Virus record (IMG/VR): IMGVR_UViG_3300034060_000806
Coordinates: 1-32,134 of that record
Length of the DNA stretch: 32,134 bases
Reading direction: 5' to 3' (one strand)
Source: a virus
Lineage: Duplodnaviria > Caudoviricetes
Shown here: in pieces, positions 28,401 to 32,134 of the stretch
Position numbering within the stretch: position 1 is the first letter of the stretch
How the letters are laid out: every line of letters begins with the position of its first letter
Notes under the pieces: generated by a model
The model's input: only the letters and a program-made list of their open reading frames with translations
Databases searched by the model: none
Told to the model about the DNA's origin: nothing
Made by a program: the position numbers and the translations under genes

Positions 28401-30294
28401 AGGCCAATTGCACGTCGGTGTTGACGACACATCTGTGACGATCACGGATCTTTATGCGATGCAAAAGTTTCCCCGGTCGGATCCCCGAGCCAAGGCTTTG
28501 TTGGCTTATCAACCTGAAGGCAAATCAAGTTTCACTGTCAAAATCGGCAAAGGAGGCAAAGTCGGTTTGCATCCGGAGCAAAACGGTCCTGATATGAACT
28601 CTTCAACAATTGATGAACTGACCAAAAAGTCCCGTGTCGACATTGGTGGCTTCAAACCAATCCCCACAATTGAGGGCAGCAAACAACAGTACGTTGCTAC
28701 CGAAGTCAAAAACCCTAAGACAAAAGAAACTGCAACTGTTTATTTGCGACGGGATCAGTACGACGGGATTCTCGCCAGTCAACCTCCCGGAACCGAATTG
28801 AAAGTCGGTTTTGGAGAAAATTATCGAGGCAAATCCCGGATACTTTCTGTTGTCGCTATCAATAATGGCGAGAAAGTCGCTGCCGTCATGGCTATGGGCC
28901 CAAATTTTGATCCCACTACTGGGGGCGATGGAAGGCTGACGGTGAAGAAGGTTGTCTCTGTTCACGATATGAGGGCACCTGTCGAAGACGATGCGATTAC
29001 CAAGTTTGTTTCTTCAAAGCGTTCTGCTGCCGGTCGTAAGGCTGCCGAGGCTCGATGGGGTAAGCGTCTAAAGAAATTCCCGAAAGCATTGGGACGGATG
29101 ACGCCACGGCAGCGAGCAAGTCTGATGCTCAGTGCCGATAAGCCTGCAAAGGTCAAATTCGTGGGCCCTGAAGGCAAGACAGAAGAGGCGCTCCGTGACG
29201 ACGCCGGAAATGTTGTAACTGAGCGCATGAACCCTTCGACCGAGTACAAGCGACGTCTTTACGGGTCGGATTCTTGGGTTCAAACGGGCAAGGGCCCGGT
29301 GCTTGGCCCGAAGTTGAAGCGCAAGAAGAAGGTTCAGGGAAACGCTGTTCGAGAACTTGCACGGGTGCGGTTTGCCGATGCTCCTGTTCAAAAGGCTGGT
29401 GATCGTTCTGCTGCTGGTCGTAAGGCTGCCGAGGCTCGATGGGCAGGTCATCAAAAAAAACAAACTCAATCATCACCGCCTGCTGACAAACCAATTTTCA
29501 GCAGAGAAGAACACGCTATTGCTATTGCCTTGGTTGAACGAGTAGCGATTGAAGAACCGGCCCTGACGAAACAAATGGAAGATTTCGCCGAGGAATTTGG
29601 TGGTGAACTGACCGGTTTGCAGAACCGATTGAAGAAGTCGGGCTCTTTGGCTCGTAAAATCCATATGGATGCGATTGAAAAGAGTCTTTCTCCGGAGGCT
29701 GCCGCTGCTCAAATAAAAGATGCTGTCCGGTACACAATGATTCTGCCTGACACTAACTACGGTTTGTCGGGCCAAGCAATTGTTGATAGGCTCAGAGCCG
29801 AAGGAAATGACGTAAAAGTCAAAAATACTTGGTCCCCTGATTCTGAATACAAGGGGATTAACTTGCAGGTGTACAACAAGAAAAAAGGATTTTGGTCTGA
29901 ACTGCAACTGCATACGCCGCAATCATTTGCTACAAAAAACGAAACTCACAAGATTTATGAGTTAGAGCGGGTTGAAAAAGATCCCAAGAAAAAAGCGTTG
30001 TACACAGCGCAGATGAAAGCGGCCTCCGGCAGTTTGCGTATTCCGCCCCGGGCCGAAGTCATCAAATCAAAGGAGGACAGCATGAAAGAAATTTGGTGGA
30101 AACGGGTCTCAGACGATGGGGAAACTGTTTACAGCGTGTGGCACGCTCACGGCCCTGAATCGATGATGGAAAAGAATTATGCCGGTGAATGGGTCGACGC
30201 TTCCGAGCAGTACTTCACTCCGTTCGAAGAGACCGATTTCATTGAAATTTCAGAAGACGAAGTCGAAGCCGTCTTGAAAGACTTGACGGCCTAA
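25498..30294 (+). CDS. Giant multidomain (polyvalent-type) protein: conserved phage N-domain, two HEXXH zincins, unknown domains, RelA/SpoT-like nucleotidyltransferase, acidic tail
   Basis: About 1598 aa; HEFGH at 26521 and 27400, each followed by YA..N..E.FAE.F; RLKK..SLARKI, DAVRYT, YKGIN, ELQLHT, HKIYE; six repeated basic linkers. Confidence 0.85.
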   Translation: MAKIFHERLIADLEAMGYAIGPVTKADTYTPPEGVQSAARRALKLIADGHAGDGFTDVGRKRASDLAAGRSVSLNTVKRMHSYFARHAVDKQGKDWDNAEKPSPGKVAWLAWGGDAGKSWADAIVDRDNVTKAYKRKYATREEAARAAANARWGNRTPDVPEVKEKPTKKVDPVKEAYRAFQAEAKKKKNLEKTLELEKVWLNAVRDNAPPKGDWRECDSIKEAKAQFYGQGWMTEVHFGKLSVPMVNEVCKTWNELGTKYPEVAAYVEVLGGHSGLRDAGELPVKKFSALGTAFYGPRTIALNDSYSRDQYEDFAQRAAATGFHPPRTGAKGDGVRSVLVHEFGHMVGRKTGLSQTEAAIKEVRSSRPAGIREKTVKEFTKTNLSEYATRNSDEAFAEAFTEYHMSPNPRPLATAIVERSFDAIGKTEWKRDTVAKAYKRKYATREEAARAAANARWGNRTPKVDAPAEPAGPVIEPWVDQKSAAAVDREFNRRWGNRTLMRLTGLSPEAANGSAEAINELLTLYPDTTLHLVGTQTGISQMIKSGTYPPGTPESVKSLASRGRYPKMNLSEGGDYSPQLQFIRINKNNHSSDGYGSVSTRLSEETGWYTPTGFPVGAGQPEGIRHAAKRSMVHEFGHAIDLHPKRNSLPSDFSNSNNPITKATREITGAPASSAAANKAVIETNIGTYAATNAKELFAETFTEYHMNPAARPLSVDFVKFRMGEIGVPLAAPSTLGTIAKAYKRKYGSRAEAARAAANARWGNKGSATQETSAADDAVYNPSPKEMLAGKTASGRKLRNTFSQTPVNGYNIETDPRPFGSAPEHLKRGALLLQGTGQALWQVTSVKGDVLRSKPVYDKYGRKIYKPGTSQSLLRQYWDNVTAVKGNAADLPDQDDAIAKAYKRKYATRAEAARAAANARWGNKGSTSTAAPAEPKPQITKETDKVLRQFAQAGYAAQTGMGMRQQKGQLHVGVDDTSVTITDLYAMQKFPRSDPRAKALLAYQPEGKSSFTVKIGKGGKVGLHPEQNGPDMNSSTIDELTKKSRVDIGGFKPIPTIEGSKQQYVATEVKNPKTKETATVYLRRDQYDGILASQPPGTELKVGFGENYRGKSRILSVVAINNGEKVAAVMAMGPNFDPTTGGDGRLTVKKVVSVHDMRAPVEDDAITKFVSSKRSAAGRKAAEARWGKRLKKFPKALGRMTPRQRASLMLSADKPAKVKFVGPEGKTEEALRDDAGNVVTERMNPSTEYKRRLYGSDSWVQTGKGPVLGPKLKRKKKVQGNAVRELARVRFADAPVQKAGDRSAAGRKAAEARWAGHQKKQTQSSPPADKPIFSREEHAIAIALVERVAIEEPALTKQMEDFAEEFGGELTGLQNRLKKSGSLARKIHMDAIEKSLSPEAAAAQIKDAVRYTMILPDTNYGLSGQAIVDRLRAEGNDVKVKNTWSPDSEYKGINLQVYNKKKGFWSELQLHTPQSFATKNETHKIYELERVEKDPKKKALYTAQMKAASGSLRIPPRAEVIKSKEDSMKEIWWKRVSDDGETVYSVWHAHGPESMMEKNYAGEWVDASEQYFTPFEETDFIEISEDEVEAVLKDLTA
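25885..28269 (+). repeat. Four 26-aa repeats [VI]xKAYKRKYxxRxEAARAAANARWGN
   Basis: At 25885-25962, 26800-26877, 27715-27792 and 28192-28269; the copies use different synonymous codons. Confidence 0.95.
29020..29443 (+). repeat. 40-bp near-identical direct repeat encoding RSAAGRKAAEARW
   Basis: 29020-29059 versus 29404-29443, one mismatch. Confidence 0.9.
30082..30294 (+). CDS. Putative in-frame internally initiated 70-aa acidic protein (immunity-like)
   Basis: AAGGAGG (30070-76) lies 5 nt before an in-frame ATG immediately after the RelA/SpoT-like domain. Confidence 0.55.
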   Translation: MKEIWWKRVSDDGETVYSVWHAHGPESMMEKNYAGEWVDASEQYFTPFEETDFIEISEDEVEAVLKDLTA

Positions 30295-30351
30295 CCGGGG
30301 TAGGGTATCTTTGTGGTGCGGGGAGCGGGGGCTCCTCCGGAAAGGGACATC
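30283..30351 (+). promoter_or_regulatory. Promoter cassette G
   Basis: TTGACG-17-TATCTT with CCTAACCGGGGTAG in the spacer; hairpin GGGGAGC-GGGG-GCTCCTC; GGAAAGG. Confidence 0.8.
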
Positions 30352-31098
30352 ATGTACAAGCGTTTCGCAGGGCTCTCAGCACCGAAACGATGCGTTTCCA
30401 CTGCCTGCTACCGCTGCGGCGGCACCGGCTACGTCCACCCATGGGGCACCTGTTTCCGCTGCGGTGGTGCCCAAGTCGACCCGAGCCACAAGGATTTCGG
30501 TTACCCGCAAACGTGGACCGACGCCGAAATCGAAGAATGGGACCGGGCTCGTCGGGCCAAGAACGAAAAGGCCCGGGTCGCCCGGGAGGAACGTCTCGCC
30601 GTCAAGAAAGCCGCCAAGTTCGCTGAGAACCTCGCCAAGTGCCCCGAGTTAGCCGACATCAAAGATTACGGCGGAATCCTCGGAGACCTTCGGGAAAAGG
30701 CTGAAAAGTACGATCTCAGCCCCGCTCAGTTTGAACTGGTCGCCAAACTGGTGGCTCAGGACAAGGCTTATGCGATTGCCAAGGCCGCTCAGGTCGAAGC
30801 CGACGCTCACCTCATCTACATCGGCGAGGTCGGCGAGAAGATCACGATCACTGGCACAGTGAAGGTCGCCAAGGCAATTGACACTCAGTTCGGTCTCAGT
30901 CGCCTCCTGATCGTCGCTGACACCGACGGCAACCTCATCAAAGCCTTCACCACCGCCCAGTTCGTTTGGGATCTCGAAGCCGGTGACGAGGTCACGCTGA
31001 TCGCCACGGTCAAGGCCCATGAGGTCTACGAGGATGTCAAGCAGACGGTCATCACCCGGCCGAAACTGATTGAACATAAGCAACTGGTGGATGCCTGA
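30352..31098 (+). CDS. Zn-finger (CxxCxGxG) plus C-terminal OB-fold-like protein
   Basis: CYRCGGTG..CFRCGG; C-terminal IGEVGEKITITGTV..GDEVTLIATVKAH..KQTVITRPK. Confidence 0.7.
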   Translation: MYKRFAGLSAPKRCVSTACYRCGGTGYVHPWGTCFRCGGAQVDPSHKDFGYPQTWTDAEIEEWDRARRAKNEKARVAREERLAVKKAAKFAENLAKCPELADIKDYGGILGDLREKAEKYDLSPAQFELVAKLVAQDKAYAIAKAAQVEADAHLIYIGEVGEKITITGTVKVAKAIDTQFGLSRLLIVADTDGNLIKAFTTAQFVWDLEAGDEVTLIATVKAHEVYEDVKQTVITRPKLIEHKQLVDA

Positions 31099-31204
31099 TG
31101 CCACAAGCCTCGTATCGGGCCCTGTATGCGTTTCTCTCGGATTCGCTTGGGGCCCGACGGGCAATTCCCCTGTTGCCCCGGTCGTTTCGACCACGGCCCC
31201 GTCA

Positions 31205-31269
31205 CACACCTAACCGTGGTGTGGTACACTTGTGTCGGGAGGAAAGGGATCCTCCCCGAAAGGAACCTC
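31205..31269 (+). promoter_or_regulatory. Promoter cassette H
   Basis: CACACC-TAACCGT-GGTGTGG-TACACT; hairpin GGGAGGA-AAGGGA-TCCTCCC; GAAAGGA. Confidence 0.85.
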
Positions 31270-31512
31270 ATGGCAATGACACCCGAACAACGTAAGGCAG
31301 CAGCCGCCAAGGCCGTCGCCACTCGCCAAGCCCGCAAGGCAGCAGCCGCCGCCGATGCGATTGGCAAGATCAAACAACGTGCCGGATTCTCCGCCTACGC
31401 CTGCCCCCAATGCCGCAACACGGTTTACGTCAAATCCGCCAAGGCCGACGTTTACCACCGCTGCCCATCGTTCGGCCTCAAATGGGTCGACTACATCCTG
31501 ATCTCCGAATGA
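31270..31512 (+). CDS. Small basic protein with a Zn-ribbon-like C-terminus
   Basis: ATG after cassette H; Ala/Lys helix followed by CPQC..HRC. Confidence 0.65.
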   Translation: MAMTPEQRKAAAAKAVATRQARKAAAAADAIGKIKQRAGFSAYACPQCRNTVYVKSAKADVYHRCPSFGLKWVDYILISE

Positions 31513-31523
31513 AAGGAAACCTG

Positions 31524-31832
31524 ATGCGATTAACTCGCTTCAAACGCAAGTACATACTTCGCACCGAGTTCGATGCCGATGGGACATGGACGCCAGTGAC
31601 GGTCGACGAAGTGTTCGGCCGCAACCCTCAGATCACCGACGCTCACGCTGCTTTCGCTAAGTACGCAGTGGTTGACGAATGGAACCAGTACGGCCCTACC
31701 GAGATCCGGGGCCGCACCTACCGTCTAGCCGTGTACAAGAAGCGGGGCTCTCGGATGCGATTGATTCAAACTGAGCAGATCCCCCCGACTCGCCCGGTTG
31801 ACTTGACTAACGTCGAATGGCCCAAGCCCTAA
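31524..31832 (+). CDS. Hypothetical protein
   Basis: GAAAGGA RBS at 31511. Confidence 0.6.
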   Translation: MRLTRFKRKYILRTEFDADGTWTPVTVDEVFGRNPQITDAHAAFAKYAVVDEWNQYGPTEIRGRTYRLAVYKKRGSRMRLIQTEQIPPTRPVDLTNVEWPKP

Positions 31833-31886
31833 CCCCGGTGTGGTACCGTTGGAGTGAAGGGCAGGGGCTCTTCGGAAAGGAACAGC
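31827..31886 (+). promoter_or_regulatory. Promoter cassette I
   Basis: CCCTAACCCC-GGTGTGG-TACCGT; hairpin GAAGGGC-AGGG-GCTCTTC; GGAAAGGA. Confidence 0.8.
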
Positions 31887-32134
31887 ATGACCGAATGGCA
31901 AGCATCACCAAAGGTCAGAGAATTCAAGGCCCAACGAACGTCACTTCGAAAGAACACGCCTCGGCCCGTCACTCAGCGAGTTCGTTCTTTCTCCGGAATC
32001 GTGTGGCGTAAAGTTGACAGTCAAGTTGAGCAAGGGCGTTGCCCTCACGCCCACTCCAAGCCGTCAAGCGCAACAAAATGCGCCGAAGCCCTTGCCAAAA
32101 GGCTGAACCGGGCAGCCAAAAGGAGCAACAGTGA
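31887..32134 (+). CDS. Hypothetical basic protein (3' truncated)
   Basis: ATG after the cassette I SD; frame is open to the window end (MTEWQASPKV). Confidence 0.6.
   Translation, partial: MTEWQASPKVREFKAQRTSLRKNTPRPVTQRVRSFSGIVWRKVDSQVEQGRCPHAHSKPSSATKCAEALAKRLNRAAKRSNS

Noticed and set aside
31098-31295. 65-aa ORF spanning the intergenic region
   Set aside because: Runs through hairpins and promoter cassette H; low-complexity Arg/Pro translation
14990-31886. Repeated cassettes as a CRISPR array or integron attC sites
   Set aside because: Copies are 0.5-7 kb apart, separated by genes, and fit promoter/RBS geometry; no cas or integrase gene in the window
1-32134. tRNA, rRNA, integrase or transposase genes
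   Set aside because: None recognisable by eye, so lifestyle cannot be assigned; tRNAscan/ARAGORN were not run

Overview
A 32 kb segment of a tailed dsDNA phage (siphovirus-type tail; probably an actinobacterial host, judging by the Rpf, GP88 and minor tail genes). All credible genes are on the + strand. Order: tail module (partial tape measure, Dit, minor tail proteins), holin-like genes, replication/recombination genes (SSAP-like, HTH initiator with internal iterons, G39P-like, HNH, RusA-like), Rpf transglycosylase, GP88, a small HTH gene, three TerS-like genes (one fused to a methyltransferase-like domain) and TerL. About 17 kb of accessory genes follow, including an Ocr-like gene, a CHAP lysin, a DUF932-like gene and a ~1600-aa multidomain protein. 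Main non-obvious signals: (1) the motif (G)ATGCGATTG recurs almost only on the + strand every few hundred bp, in all three reading frames; (2) nine promoter cassettes share an operator-like YAACC-NN-GGTTR box, a 5' hairpin with covarying stems and an AGGGA-type loop, and a GAAAGG Shine-Dalgarno; (3) the giant protein is divided by repeated [VI]xK[ASF] plus basic AAxARW tags and carries two zincin domains and a RelA/SpoT-like domain fused in frame to a separately initiable, immunity-like peptide. Annotations come from motif recognition by eye and counts are manual; no searches were run.
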